Source: Patescibacteria group bacterium (GTDB taxonomy: Bacteria > Patescibacteriota > UBA1384 > JBBRAU01). From it: a stretch of DNA of 62,527 nt. Positions 30,342 through 39,612 of the stretch are shown one piece after another. How positions within the stretch are numbered: position 1 is the first letter of the stretch; each line of letters begins with the position of its first letter. The stretch covers positions 1 to 62,527 of the forward strand of contig JBBRAU010000005.1 in NCBI GenBank assembly GCA_038206475.1, written 5' to 3'. The notes beneath the pieces were generated by a model. The model did no database searches and was not told the origin of the DNA. It saw only the letters and a list, made by a program, of their open reading frames with translations. The translations under genes were made by a program, and so were the position numbers.

Positions 30342-30638
30342 GCTTGCCTCCTTCAGCCGGTCAGGCGGCTGTAGAAGCGAGGTCGCCCCGGGACGGGGTC
30401 GAGCTCGAATTGCAAACGGTCCTCCCTGGCATGGGCATGCCAGGGAGGACCGGCTTTCTTTTGTTTATTTGCTAATCGTTAACAAAGATATAGCACATGC
30501 AAAACAAAATGTCAATAGCTGTGCCCTGTTTGAGTAGCCGTGTATCACGGGGGGGGAAAAAAAGAAATGACAGGCTAGGCGCCATAAGCAACGCGTCACA
30601 TCGACATTTGGGGTAAAACAGCCAGCCAGTCGAAGTAA

Positions 30639-32843
30639 CTAAACCCGGATGGTTAAATGACTCCCCTGCTCGTCTTTGGTCACGACAATCTCTTGGTCAA
30701 ACAGTTCTTTGAACTCGAGCAGGTGGGTGACAATAATAATCTGTTTGAACTGCGTACGCAGCTGGTTCAAAACCTGCACGACGGCGTCGCGGCCGGCTTG
30801 GTCGAGCGCGCCAAAACCTTCATCAATAATCAAAAATTCAATTTCAGCGCCGGCTCGCTCGGCCAACAGCAGCGACAGGGCGACGCGGATGGCCATATTG
30901 ATACGAAAGGCCTCGCCGCCGCTATACAGCTCGTACGGCCGCGTGCCCTCAAGGTCCGCGATAAGGATGTCCAGTGTATCGATGGTTCCCTCACCGCTCT
31001 TCTTGGCTCGCTCCGTTTCAAAGGTTAGCGTCATGGTGCCGCCGGACAGCTCGTACAGCAGCTGATTGGCCCGCTCCTCGAGCAGTGGCAGTGTTTCCTC
31101 CAATATGAGCGTTGGGATGCCGTGGCGGCTGCAAGCCTGGGCGAACTCCTCCAGCACGTGCAGCTCACTGCGTTGGCCGGTTAGCTGTTTAGTGAGCGCG
31201 GCGGCCGTTTGAGCCGAGGCTACAGCCGTCGCCAGAAGGCCTTGAATGCGGCCGAGCTCACGCTCAGTGGATCCGGTGGCGGCCTTAGCCGCGCTCAGCT
31301 CAGCGCTCAACCGCGCTTGCTCCTGCGGCGACACGCTGGCGGCGGCAAGCTCGGCACCGACGGTTTGGCGCTCGGCAGCGAGACTCTGCAGGTGCTCCGT
31401 AAGTTCTCCAAGCTCAGCGGTTAGCTGCGCTTGTTCCGTTTGCAACTCCTGCTGTTTGCCGGCGGCGCTGGCCAGCCTTTCGCGCTCAAGAACAACCGGC
31501 TGCAACTGCTCCAGCTCTGACGCCGCCGCTCGGTGCGCCGTTTCACGGTAATTCAGTGCTTGCCGCGCGTCCTCCGTCTGGCTGATTGTTTCAGTCAAGG
31601 CAGCTTCTTCGGCCGAGGGGCTGCTTAAGGCTTTGACCTGGGTAATCAGTGGGTTAATTTGCTGCAGTGTTTCGGTGCGGATAGCGTCGACGCACTGGTC
31701 GGCGGTGTGTTCGGTGCTAAACGGCCGCGTGCACAGTGGGCACTGTTTGCTGGTGCTAATCGCCGCCGCCCGTTTGCTTTGGCGCTCTTTAACACCGGCA
31801 ATTTGGCCCTTTAATGCCTCGGTCTCGGTTTGGCGCTTGCCGACCAACACCGCTAAGCGTTGGCGCAGCTCGGCTAACGTACGTTCCAGCTCACGCTGAG
31901 ATGCCGCTTTGTTTTGCCAAACTTTCTGTTCAGCCGTAAGTGTTTCAATCCGCTCAAAGCGAATTTGAACCGCCGCCTGCTGCTCAAGCAACCGTTGCAC
32001 TTCCGTCTGCTTAGCTTCAATGCCGCGCAGAGTTGCTGTGCGCTCGTCTTTCAGGCGCTGCTGGCGAGACAGCTCTCGCTCGATGTACTGCAGTTTTTGC
32101 TCAATTAAGCTGCGCTCACGGACGGCGGCCATGAGCGGTTGCAGCGCAGCTTCTAACGCTGCAGTCTGGGTGGCCTGCTCAGTGGCTGTTTGCTTCAGCG
32201 CTCTACCCTGCGTTTCAAGCTCTTCGCGCATATCTGCGCTGGTTAGTGTATCAGCCAGCCGCTGCTCGGCCAACTGCATTGCCTGCTGTTTGAAGCGGGC
32301 TTCCTCGCGCGCCCGCTCAGCCAGACGGTCAAAGCGCTCTAAATCTAAAATATCGGCCAGTACTTTTTTGCGCTCAGAGGCCGGCTTCGTCGTAAACTCA
32401 TCGGCGTGGCCTTGGCGCAGATACACTGAGTTGGTGAAGGTGGCATAGCTTAATTTGAGGCGTTCGCTGATGATTGCTTCCGTCTGGCGCAGAGAGATGC
32501 CGTTTTGCAATAGCCATTCATCGCTGTCGTGCCCGCGCGACCAAAAATCCAGCCGCGTTTTGCCGCGGTTGCCCAGTGTGCGTTGGCGCAATACTCGAAA
32601 TTCACGGCCTTGCTCTTCAAATACCAGCTCAACGGTCATGCTGGTTTCACCGCGCGAAACCAGGTCATCGTCAGATGGTGAGCGTGCCTTGCCCCAAAGC
32701 GCCCAAGTCATAGCCTCTAGGAGCGACGACTTGCCGGCACCGTTGTCGCCTGACAGCAGCACGAGCGATAGGCCGCGCAAATCAAGCTCGGTAGACTGCC
32801 GGTAGGATAAAAAATGCTCGATATTCAAATATTTAGGTATCAT
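30639..32843 (-). CDS. sbcC: SbcC/Rad50 SMC-family ATPase
   Basis: GDNGAGKSS, coiled coil with CPLC zinc hook, YSGGE, IDEGFGALD, VTH. Confidence 0.92.
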   Translation of the reverse strand: MIPKYLNIEHFLSYRQSTELDLRGLSLVLLSGDNGAGKSSLLEAMTWALWGKARSPSDDDLVSRGETSMTVELVFEEQGREFRVLRQRTLGNRGKTRLDFWSRGHDSDEWLLQNGISLRQTEAIISERLKLSYATFTNSVYLRQGHADEFTTKPASERKKVLADILDLERFDRLAERAREEARFKQQAMQLAEQRLADTLTSADMREELETQGRALKQTATEQATQTAALEAALQPLMAAVRERSLIEQKLQYIERELSRQQRLKDERTATLRGIEAKQTEVQRLLEQQAAVQIRFERIETLTAEQKVWQNKAASQRELERTLAELRQRLAVLVGKRQTETEALKGQIAGVKERQSKRAAAISTSKQCPLCTRPFSTEHTADQCVDAIRTETLQQINPLITQVKALSSPSAEEAALTETISQTEDARQALNYRETAHRAAASELEQLQPVVLERERLASAAGKQQELQTEQAQLTAELGELTEHLQSLAAERQTVGAELAAASVSPQEQARLSAELSAAKAATGSTERELGRIQGLLATAVASAQTAAALTKQLTGQRSELHVLEEFAQACSRHGIPTLILEETLPLLEERANQLLYELSGGTMTLTFETERAKKSGEGTIDTLDILIADLEGTRPYELYSGGEAFRINMAIRVALSLLLAERAGAEIEFLIIDEGFGALDQAGRDAVVQVLNQLRTQFKQIIIVTHLLEFKELFDQEIVVTKDEQGSHLTIRV

Positions 32844-32874
32844 AAGTCAAATAGTATGACATAGTATGCATTCA

Positions 32875-34134
32875 TCATACTTTGTCATTTTGCCACTCTG
32901 CGTATAACTTTTGCATGCCAGCGACCTCAGTTTTACTCTTTCCGCGACGTTCACCGTACAACTGTATCAACTCTTGGTCGGTGCGCTCCTTTAATTCGCG
33001 ACTGCGTTTTCCGGCCGCCTCCGGCCGGTGCAGATCCCAGACAATGCCGGCGGCAAAGTAGGCTTCGCGCAGCTTTTGCCGCACTTGCCGCTCATCAGTC
33101 AGTTTCCGCACCTCTGGCGTGGCCTCAATCACTAAACGGACAACTTTGTCCTCCAGCGGCTCGATGGCTAAGCGTTTGAGCACGGTGTCGGTTGGGTTCG
33201 GGTCGCTTGGCTGCACGGCCACTTGAATAGACTTAAGCAGTCGAACCGTCAGCGGCTTAAACTGGTAGCCGACCGATAGCACGCCAGCAGTTTGCAATGC
33301 CTCTGGAGCATGCTGCCGCAGTTTTGACTCGCCTATTGAGATGAGTACAACCCCCTTTTCGTCCTGCCACTCCGACCAGTCAATGTAGTTGGGCGAGCCG
33401 GCATACACAACCGGCGGCTGTTCATTGACTACCTGGTAGCGATGGATGTGGCCCACCGCCGTGTAGAGCAATGGCTTGGCCGTAAACCAGGTTTTGGGCA
33501 GTGGCAAATCGCTGCCGCGGAATATGGACGTTTCGCCCTGGTAGGCGGCGCCTTCGATGGCACCGTGTACGAGGGCCACGGTCGGCGCCTTCGTTTTTGT
33601 GGCATCATCCAACAGTTGATGCCACACCTGGCCCATATCCTCGAGTAACTTTGCTTCTACTTGGTCGGGCGGCAAAGGTTGTTCCAGCCGGCCGAGGTAG
33701 AGCGACGGGTTCACCCACGGCAACGTTACCACCTGCAGCAATCCGCTCTTGGTCTCAAGTTTCAGCAACTCTGGCTGGCGGGAAACGGTTAAGCCGGTAA
33801 TTTCCAGCGCGCCAAACACGTCGAGCGCATTGGCTCGGCCTTCAGCGTTCGGCACGTCGTGATTGCCTACCAACAATACGGTCGGCAGGCCGGCTTTGGT
33901 TAAGCGGCGCAGCCGTTTGGCGAACTCGCGCTCAACCGTCGGGGTCGGGTCGCGCGTTTTGTAGGCATCACCGGCAAACAGCACAGCGTCTACATGCTCT
34001 GAAATAGCCAAGTCAACAATTTGGTCCAGCGAAGCCAAAAAATCGCGCAGCCGACTGTGAATGCCGCTGGCCGGATCTAGCCGCCCAAAATTCTCCATTC
34101 CTAAGTGGAGGTCGGAAAATTGCAGAATCTTCAT
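32875..34134 (-). CDS. sbcD: SbcD/Mre11 nuclease
   Basis: SDLHLG, FAGD, GNHD, GHIH, YAGS motifs; adjacent to sbcC. Confidence 0.92.
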   Translation of the reverse strand: MKILQFSDLHLGMENFGRLDPASGIHSRLRDFLASLDQIVDLAISEHVDAVLFAGDAYKTRDPTPTVEREFAKRLRRLTKAGLPTVLLVGNHDVPNAEGRANALDVFGALEITGLTVSRQPELLKLETKSGLLQVVTLPWVNPSLYLGRLEQPLPPDQVEAKLLEDMGQVWHQLLDDATKTKAPTVALVHGAIEGAAYQGETSIFRGSDLPLPKTWFTAKPLLYTAVGHIHRYQVVNEQPPVVYAGSPNYIDWSEWQDEKGVVLISIGESKLRQHAPEALQTAGVLSVGYQFKPLTVRLLKSIQVAVQPSDPNPTDTVLKRLAIEPLEDKVVRLVIEATPEVRKLTDERQVRQKLREAYFAAGIVWDLHRPEAAGKRSRELKERTDQELIQLYGERRGKSKTEVAGMQKLYAEWQNDKV

Positions 34135-34164
34135 GATACTCCAAAAACGTATCAATTTTTGGGG

Positions 34165-34295
34165 GCCCCGGCGAGCTTTATCTCAGCATTCGCAAATAAC
34201 CCGACCGTAAGGTCGGGGGATAAGCGGAGCAGATCAGAACTCGCCTCCTGTGCGAACAGGAGGCTACCCCAACCGTAAGGTCGTGGGTAGTTCAT
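34165..34295 (+). mobile_element. Non-autonomous IS200/IS605-like end or palindromic MITE remnant
   Basis: Two CC(G/A)ACC-GTAA-GGTCG hairpins and a GCCTCCTGT/ACAGGAGGC stem, ending GGGTAGTTCAT like TnpB-element right ends; no transposase. Confidence 0.5.
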
Positions 34296-34372
34296 CTCGG
34301 CTGGTCGTACCGCACCGAGCAAATGAGCAAAAAAACCGGCGTGAGGCCGGCTTTTGTCTTGCGCCGAAGAGA

Positions 34373-34720
34373 CTAATTCAGGCCGAGGGTTTTTTGTAAT
34401 TGGGCTTTGGTTGAGGCGCCGGAGTGTTGGGCGATAATTTTACTGTCTTGAAAAACCACCAAGGTTGGAATGGCTAAAATAGAGTATTGCTGCGAGATGT
34501 TTGGATTTTGGTCAACGTCGACTTTGACAAAGGTGTGGCTGGCTTTTAAATCCTCGGCTAGCTCCTCAAAAATGGGTGCCATCACTTGGCAAGGCGCACA
34601 CCAGGTAGCCCAAAAATCGACGACGACCGGCTTTTCGCTTTTGGCTAAGTTGTCGGCAAAGTCGGCATCGGTCCAATGCTCAACTATTTCCTCAGGATTA
34701 CTGCTGGCGGCATCTGGCAT
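34373..34720 (-). CDS. trxA: Thioredoxin
   Basis: VDFWATWCAPC active site; IPTL cis-Pro loop. Confidence 0.92.
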   Translation of the reverse strand: MPDAASSNPEEIVEHWTDADFADNLAKSEKPVVVDFWATWCAPCQVMAPIFEELAEDLKASHTFVKVDVDQNPNISQQYSILAIPTLVVFQDSKIIAQHSGASTKAQLQKTLGLN

Positions 34721-34728
34721 GGTTCTCC

Positions 34729-35307
34729 TTACTTGCCCGCGGCGTTCAGGTGAACGCTGTCGGGGCGGTTGCTGCTTGCCGTGGCCGGCCAGGCTGGACG
34801 GGCCGACGCGAGTTTTGGCTTGTTCAACGTAAGGCGGGCCAGGACAAATAGGCTGAGGGTGGTGGCCAGGTCAGACAGGACGGTTGGGCCAAAGAAGGGC
34901 AGGGCGGCCACGTAGCTAGCCAGTTGGCCAGCCAGCGTGTGCTGGTAGAGGCCGTGGCCAACCGTCAGCCAAACGCTGTTAGTCAGCAGGAAAAACAGCG
35001 AACTGGCGCCCAAGCTGGCGCCGCCAATAAGCAAAAAGTTAGCTTGGCGTCTGATAGTCGTGCCGAGCAGCCAAATGAAGCCAAAACTGAGGTAAACGGC
35101 CAGCAGTTGACCGTGCCAAAACGGCTGGTGACGTGTGGCAGTCAGCAGATAATCAGAGATGAGCATACTGCCGAGCGGCACCGTCCAACTGGTACGTCTC
35201 GGCAGCGCGGCACCGGCAAATAGGCTCAAGCCGCCGATGGCCGTAAAATTCGGCCAATGCGGGATAAGCCGAGTGAAAACACCCAAAATGATGAGTAGAA
35301 TCGTCAT
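34729..35307 (-). CDS. DUF6580-like membrane transporter (ECF S-component-like; B12 uptake candidate)
   Basis: RLIPHWPNFTAIG...LFAGA...SD...FFLLTN...YVAALPFF pattern; last gene of the riboswitch operon. Confidence 0.75.
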   Translation of the reverse strand: MTILLIILGVFTRLIPHWPNFTAIGGLSLFAGAALPRRTSWTVPLGSMLISDYLLTATRHQPFWHGQLLAVYLSFGFIWLLGTTIRRQANFLLIGGASLGASSLFFLLTNSVWLTVGHGLYQHTLAGQLASYVAALPFFGPTVLSDLATTLSLFVLARLTLNKPKLASARPAWPATASSNRPDSVHLNAAGK

Positions 35308-35419
35308 TGATACACCTTTCTCAGTACATCTGAATTGCCTCAATCAGACAAGACTGTGAAAACGGAATATTTATTGTTTGGTGTCTGTTCGTGCCTACAG
35401 CGAGCGACAGAGAGAATGT

Positions 35420-35443
35420 CTCGGCCGGGATATCCCGGCCGAG
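35420..35443. repeat. Perfect 24-bp palindrome
   Basis: CTCGGCCGGGATATCCCGGCCGAG. Confidence 0.8.
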
Positions 35444-35466
35444 GTGGTAGTAGCGCGGAGCAGCGA

Positions 35467-36054
35467 CTAATCCCAGGTCTGAAGCACCAGGGTATCGCCG
35501 AGAGCAATCGTCGAGCTGGCGATGCTGGCTTGGCCGCCGAGCACCAGTTTTCCGTTCTTCAGAAACCGCCAATACTGCGTGCCATCTGCTCCGATGATCG
35601 TCGTTTGGCCACCTAAGGTAATCGACAACCGGTCCAGGAAGCGACTGCCGCCACTACCGTGGGCAGTGTAATCGACGAACCTCCGGAGAGTCTGCAGGAG
35701 AGCTTCGACCGATGCGGTTTGCGCTTGAATGAATTCGGCATGCAACAGGACGGTTGGGTTGACCTGGTTGGTGAGAATATTGAGCGTGGTGCCGTTTGCT
35801 TTAGCATCCAACCCCACACTCTGTCGTAGCAGTTTGACCGCGTCGGCGATGTCGAGGTTGCCGGTTTGATCGAGAATGGCCTCCGAGGTCAAGGGTGAGA
35901 CGCCAACCACCTGTTTGAGATAAAGTACCGCATCGCTGATGTTGACGACTCCGTCATTGCTCAGGTCACCGACAACCGCCAAGGCGCGTTGCCAGGGCAG
36001 AAGCAGGGCTGCGGTCGTGCCGGTCAGCACGCTGCGCCGAGACAGTGTATTCAA
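35467..36054 (-). CDS. Twin-arginine-like signal, type I dockerin domain and DUF4430-like domain
   Basis: LSRRSVL signal; GDLSNDGVVNISDAV and DQTGNLDIADAV duplicated Ca-binding loops; YWRFLKNG...GD C-terminus. Confidence 0.7.
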   Translation of the reverse strand: MNTLSRRSVLTGTTAALLLPWQRALAVVGDLSNDGVVNISDAVLYLKQVVGVSPLTSEAILDQTGNLDIADAVKLLRQSVGLDAKANGTTLNILTNQVNPTVLLHAEFIQAQTASVEALLQTLRRFVDYTAHGSGGSRFLDRLSITLGGQTTIIGADGTQYWRFLKNGKLVLGGQASIASSTIALGDTLVLQTWD

Positions 36055-36133
36055 AGAGCAAACTCCCCTTTCTTGCCGCTGCGGGCAGTGAACGGCCAGC
36101 GATTGACCGCTCAGTCACCAGCAGCGACGCCTA

Positions 36134-37684
36134 CTACCAACGCTTAGGCCGTGCCGCCCGTGTAAAACTCCAAAGTAAACCACTGCCGGCCAAAATAGCC
36201 ACGATTAACAATGCGATCCTGGTGCGATTTGGTTGGCTGCTTGGTTGGACAAAAGCCGCGGAGGGGGCGTTGGTGACGGCTTGATTGACCGCGGTCGGTG
36301 CCGAAAAAACCACAGGCTGATCTTGGTATCTGGCCAGTAAAGGCTGGACATACGGGGTGCGAGAGCTGGCTGAAACAGGTGTTTCAGACACGTTATCCGC
36401 TGATGACGAAGTATGAAAACTGGACAAAACTGCGGCATTATTGTCGTAAGAATAAATAGTATGGCTGGCCGCGGCCGCTGCGACTGCAGTTTTGGCAGGC
36501 GTTTTACCGGGTATCATCACCAAGCTTTGTCCCGATAAGGCCATCAGAGCATAGGCGTTAGTGAGCGGGCTGGCGCTGTCCTCGCCGCCGCCCGGATTAT
36601 ATTCGACGTGGCCGCTGGGCAAAATGCGGGCGCTGAGCCAGCTCACCGGGTCAGACTGGCGTTGCCAATCCGCTGGGTTCTCACCTATCGCAATAATGGC
36701 TTGGACCACCCAGGCCGTCGAGGCGCTGTCAGAGTCATCGCCCGGCTGATACGGGAAGCCGCCATCGACATTCTGGGCCGTTTTGAGAAAGGTGCGGGCG
36801 CGGCTAATGACGCTCCCCTGTTTTGGCGTGTCTGGCATGGTGGTCAAGGCTTGAATTACCGCCGAGGTGGTATTGGTTTCGCTTGGGTCGGTGGTGTTCC
36901 AGGAGAAGCCGCCGTCGGCGTGCTGCGTACTGGCCAAGTGGTCGGCGGTAGTAGTGACCGCCGGATTGCTGGCTGGCGTGCCGGTGTCGCGCAAACTGAG
37001 CACAGCAAACGCATCGTCATTGATTGCCGCTGAGTTACTGACGCTGCCGCCAGGCTGGCTGGCTAGTTTAATAGCCTGCTGGCGCGCCTGCGAGGCGGGT
37101 GTCGTGGCTTGATTGGTTGCGGCGTCGACCAACAATTGTCGCTCCTGATCGGTGACGGTATCGCTTGGGCTGGTTTGACCGCGCCGGTTGGCGTCATGCG
37201 TAGCGATGGCCGTCCAGTCTTGCTCGCTGGGACTTGAGGGTCTCCCATCGGAAGCTTCGCTTCCACTTTGTTCCCTGGCAGTTGATGCAGCGGCGGGCAA
37301 AGTGGAGGCAACTGTCGCCGGCGTTTGGTTGGCCGACAGGCTCGTCGCGGGAGGCGGGGCAACCACGGCCACCGTTATTGTGACTGGGCCGTCCGGTGTT
37401 GTCGCGCTCAGCGTATAGCTGCCAACCGGCCGCGTGCCAAACTCGACCGAACCGTCAGCAGACGTTAGCTGGCTGGTGCCGCCTAGGCTGACCGGCACGT
37501 TGGCCTCTGGTCGTAGGTCCCCCGTGGTCGGCGTGGCCAGCACGACAGTGGCCGCAATCGGTTCAGTCGGCAAGTATTGGTAGTGTGTGGGCAGAATAGC
37601 CACAGAGTTGCCGGCGGCGTCGGTGGTGGTGGCAAACGACAGCCAAGCGGCCGCGGCCAGGGTGAGGAGCAATACTTTTTTCAC
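36134..37684 (-). CDS. Exported prenyltransferase/squalene-cyclase-repeat (alpha6/alpha6 barrel) protein with a C-terminal TM anchor
   Basis: LASTQHADGGF and LKTAQNVDGGF repeats, DSDSASTAWVVQAI; signal peptide; GTGA overlap with the upstream stop. Confidence 0.8.
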   Translation of the reverse strand: MKKVLLLTLAAAAWLSFATTTDAAGNSVAILPTHYQYLPTEPIAATVVLATPTTGDLRPEANVPVSLGGTSQLTSADGSVEFGTRPVGSYTLSATTPDGPVTITVAVVAPPPATSLSANQTPATVASTLPAAASTAREQSGSEASDGRPSSPSEQDWTAIATHDANRRGQTSPSDTVTDQERQLLVDAATNQATTPASQARQQAIKLASQPGGSVSNSAAINDDAFAVLSLRDTGTPASNPAVTTTADHLASTQHADGGFSWNTTDPSETNTTSAVIQALTTMPDTPKQGSVISRARTFLKTAQNVDGGFPYQPGDDSDSASTAWVVQAIIAIGENPADWQRQSDPVSWLSARILPSGHVEYNPGGGEDSASPLTNAYALMALSGQSLVMIPGKTPAKTAVAAAAASHTIYSYDNNAAVLSSFHTSSSADNVSETPVSASSRTPYVQPLLARYQDQPVVFSAPTAVNQAVTNAPSAAFVQPSSQPNRTRIALLIVAILAGSGLLWSFTRAARPKRW

Positions 37685-38301
37685 GAGGAAGGTTCCAATT
37701 GCCAATCAATCTGATCGCCGTTATGTACCGTTGCACTGCCAGCGCCGCGGGTGGCAAAGGCGCCGTTCAGGCGCAGCAGCCAGTAGCGGCCCCCGTCACC
37801 ATTGGCCTGGCCGTTCAGGCTGGTGACAAGGACGCCCAAACTGCTCGTCTCAATGGTCATGCTAATTTGGCCGCTTTGCTGCAGTTGTTTCAGAGCATCA
37901 TAAACACTGCTGCCGGTCGGCAGGTTAAGCTGGTAGGTTTGGCTGCCGATGTGCAGGCTTGCTTGGATCGTCTCAGGCGTGGAGGTGATTGGTGCAGTAG
38001 TATTTTGCCTGGCTACGCTCGTTTGATTAGGTGCGGAGACCGCACCTGGGGCCGCTACAACGGCGATTTTCGGCCGGCTGTGTTCTGGAGCGCTACTGGC
38101 TATAGATGCGGCGACAGGCTGTTGTGGAGCCGCGGAGGTGACGCTGGCGGGCATGGCGGATGCAGTTGGTTCCGCGCTGACGCTGGACGGGGCAGCTGGA
38201 TATGTTTGGCTGTCGGCCCGCGGTGGCAAATAGGCGTAGCCAAACAGGCTGGCCGCCAGTGCCAGAGCTAACATCACCCGAGTTGCCTGCAATTTCGTCA
38301 T
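37681..38301 (-). CDS. DUF4430 (transcobalamin C-terminal beta-domain-like) exported protein
   Basis: SVYDALK...LGVLVTSLNG...YWLLRLNG...GA...GDQIDW pattern. Confidence 0.85.
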   Translation of the reverse strand: MTKLQATRVMLALALAASLFGYAYLPPRADSQTYPAAPSSVSAEPTASAMPASVTSAAPQQPVAASIASSAPEHSRPKIAVVAAPGAVSAPNQTSVARQNTTAPITSTPETIQASLHIGSQTYQLNLPTGSSVYDALKQLQQSGQISMTIETSSLGVLVTSLNGQANGDGGRYWLLRLNGAFATRGAGSATVHNGDQIDWQLEPSS

Positions 38302-38303
38302 TC

Positions 38304-38331
38304 AAAAAAATCCCGGCCAAGCTGCCAGGAA
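38304..38331 (-). terminator. Riboswitch expression-platform terminator directly before the start codon
   Basis: Minus strand TCCTGGC-AGCTTG-GCCGGGA-TTTTTTT-GA-ATG. Confidence 0.75.
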
Positions 38332-38384
38332 TATCAAAAAGTCCCTTGCTGCTCGGCAAATTACGGAACAGCGTACTGTTCCTG

Positions 38385-38565
38385 GCGGCTTGGTTTTCCG
38401 GCTAAATACTCATCAGGTATGGCCTCAGAGGCCTCGGCAAAAGCTTGCTTCTGTAGAGTATTTTTACGGTTGCGGCACAGCGGTCGATTCACGCGACACT
38501 TCCCAGAGACAATAGCTCCCATTTAGACGCGTCGTCGAAATGAGTAGTCTCTATGGGCCACCATC
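38385..38565 (-). ncRNA. Cobalamin riboswitch
   Basis: Minus strand GGT...GGGAAGT-GTCG-CGTGAAT-CGAC-CGCTGTGCCGCAACCGTAA...AGCCGGAAAACC, matching the conserved core and B12 box, upstream of DUF4430 genes. Confidence 0.85.
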
Positions 38566-38707
38566 AGATTGTTCCCTTCCAATGTGGCAAATCAACAGAG
38601 ACTGTCAATGCTACCGTGGTTGACAAAAGTGTGATACGACGTTACCTTGGTATGGTGCTGTGCCTCAATCACGAGACCGGCTTGCTCTTTACTAAAGGAG
38701 ATCGAAT

Positions 38708-39361
38708 TTGCCATATAAGCCCCGATTCGACGTCATGGTGGTTGGACCAGTTGGTTGCGGCAAAAGCACCTTGGCGCAATCTCTGGCCGAGGTGCTCCCG
38801 GCGCCCTGCTGCGTGCTGGACTGCAGCGCCACCCTAAAAACCGAGGCGACGCCTGAGGAACAGGCGGACATGCGTGCTGGTAACCTGCTCTCGAATGAGC
38901 GCGCCAACGAAATATTCTGCCAAAGCTGGCGCGAGGCGCTTGCGGCCACGCGGTCGTTGGTGCTCACCGGTTTCCCGCGCTCGTTGGAGCAGGGCCGCGA
39001 TGCGCACTGCTGCTGTCTGGAGCCGACTCACCTGTTTCATCTGGCCATCCCGCCTGAGGTTTGCTTGGAGCGGCTGTCTGGTCGGTTAACCTGCCAAAGC
39101 TGTGCGGCCGTGACCAATGTCGCCGTGGCGGCGACACACTGTCCCCGGTGCGGCGGTATGCTCAGCCAGCGCCCGGATGATGCGCCAGAGATCATTCGCA
39201 AACGGCTTGAGCTGGCGGTGGGCGTCGACGGCCAGGGCGGCTACGTCGCTGAAGTCGTCGAGTTCTACCAGAAGCAAACCGAAGTGGCGATCTGCATAAT
39301 TGACCGCCCGCTATCAGAAAGCGACTTGCTGGCGCGAGTTCGCTCCTGGCTCGACCTGTAA
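38708..39361 (+). CDS. Divergent adenylate kinase-family nucleoside monophosphate kinase
   Basis: GPVGCGKST, GFPRS, zinc LID CQSC...CPRCGG, QRPDD; SD AAGGAG; own promoter and terminator. Confidence 0.8.
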   Translation: MPYKPRFDVMVVGPVGCGKSTLAQSLAEVLPAPCCVLDCSATLKTEATPEEQADMRAGNLLSNERANEIFCQSWREALAATRSLVLTGFPRSLEQGRDAHCCCLEPTHLFHLAIPPEVCLERLSGRLTCQSCAAVTNVAVAATHCPRCGGMLSQRPDDAPEIIRKRLELAVGVDGQGGYVAEVVEFYQKQTEVAICIIDRPLSESDLLARVRSWLDL

Positions 39362-39398
39362 CCCCCTCCCCCGCGGTCTCCGCGGGGTTTTTTTGACC

Positions 39399-39612
39399 AA
39401 AAAAAAGGTGCCTTGTGGCACTCTCCTTAATTAATGAAAGGCTTAGCTCATCTGGCATAAGAACTGCTCATGCGGAGCAGAACCTTTTGCCATCGAAGCA
39501 AAAAGAAAACGGCCTTGCGGCCGCCTCCTTATGTATTATTGAGGCTTCAGCTTCGGTGGCATAAACACCTTGTCTGATCTCTCAACCTCGGGGAATTATC
39601 TCCCCTACACAT
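39399..39612 (-). ncRNA. Tandem two-unit small-RNA candidate
   Basis: Two ~100 nt units: AGGTT-N19/20-TTATGCCA-N4-AGCT(G)AAGCCT-AT-rich-TAAGGAG-N3-GCCRCAAGGC-U tract; extended -10 TGTTAGACT upstream. Confidence 0.55.

Noticed and set aside
39399-39589. Glycine or preQ1 riboswitch, or TIGR array
   Set aside because: Only fragments match (CACCGAAG, GGTTC); no gene is downstream in cis; unit size does not fit TIGR and no Nop-domain protein is present.
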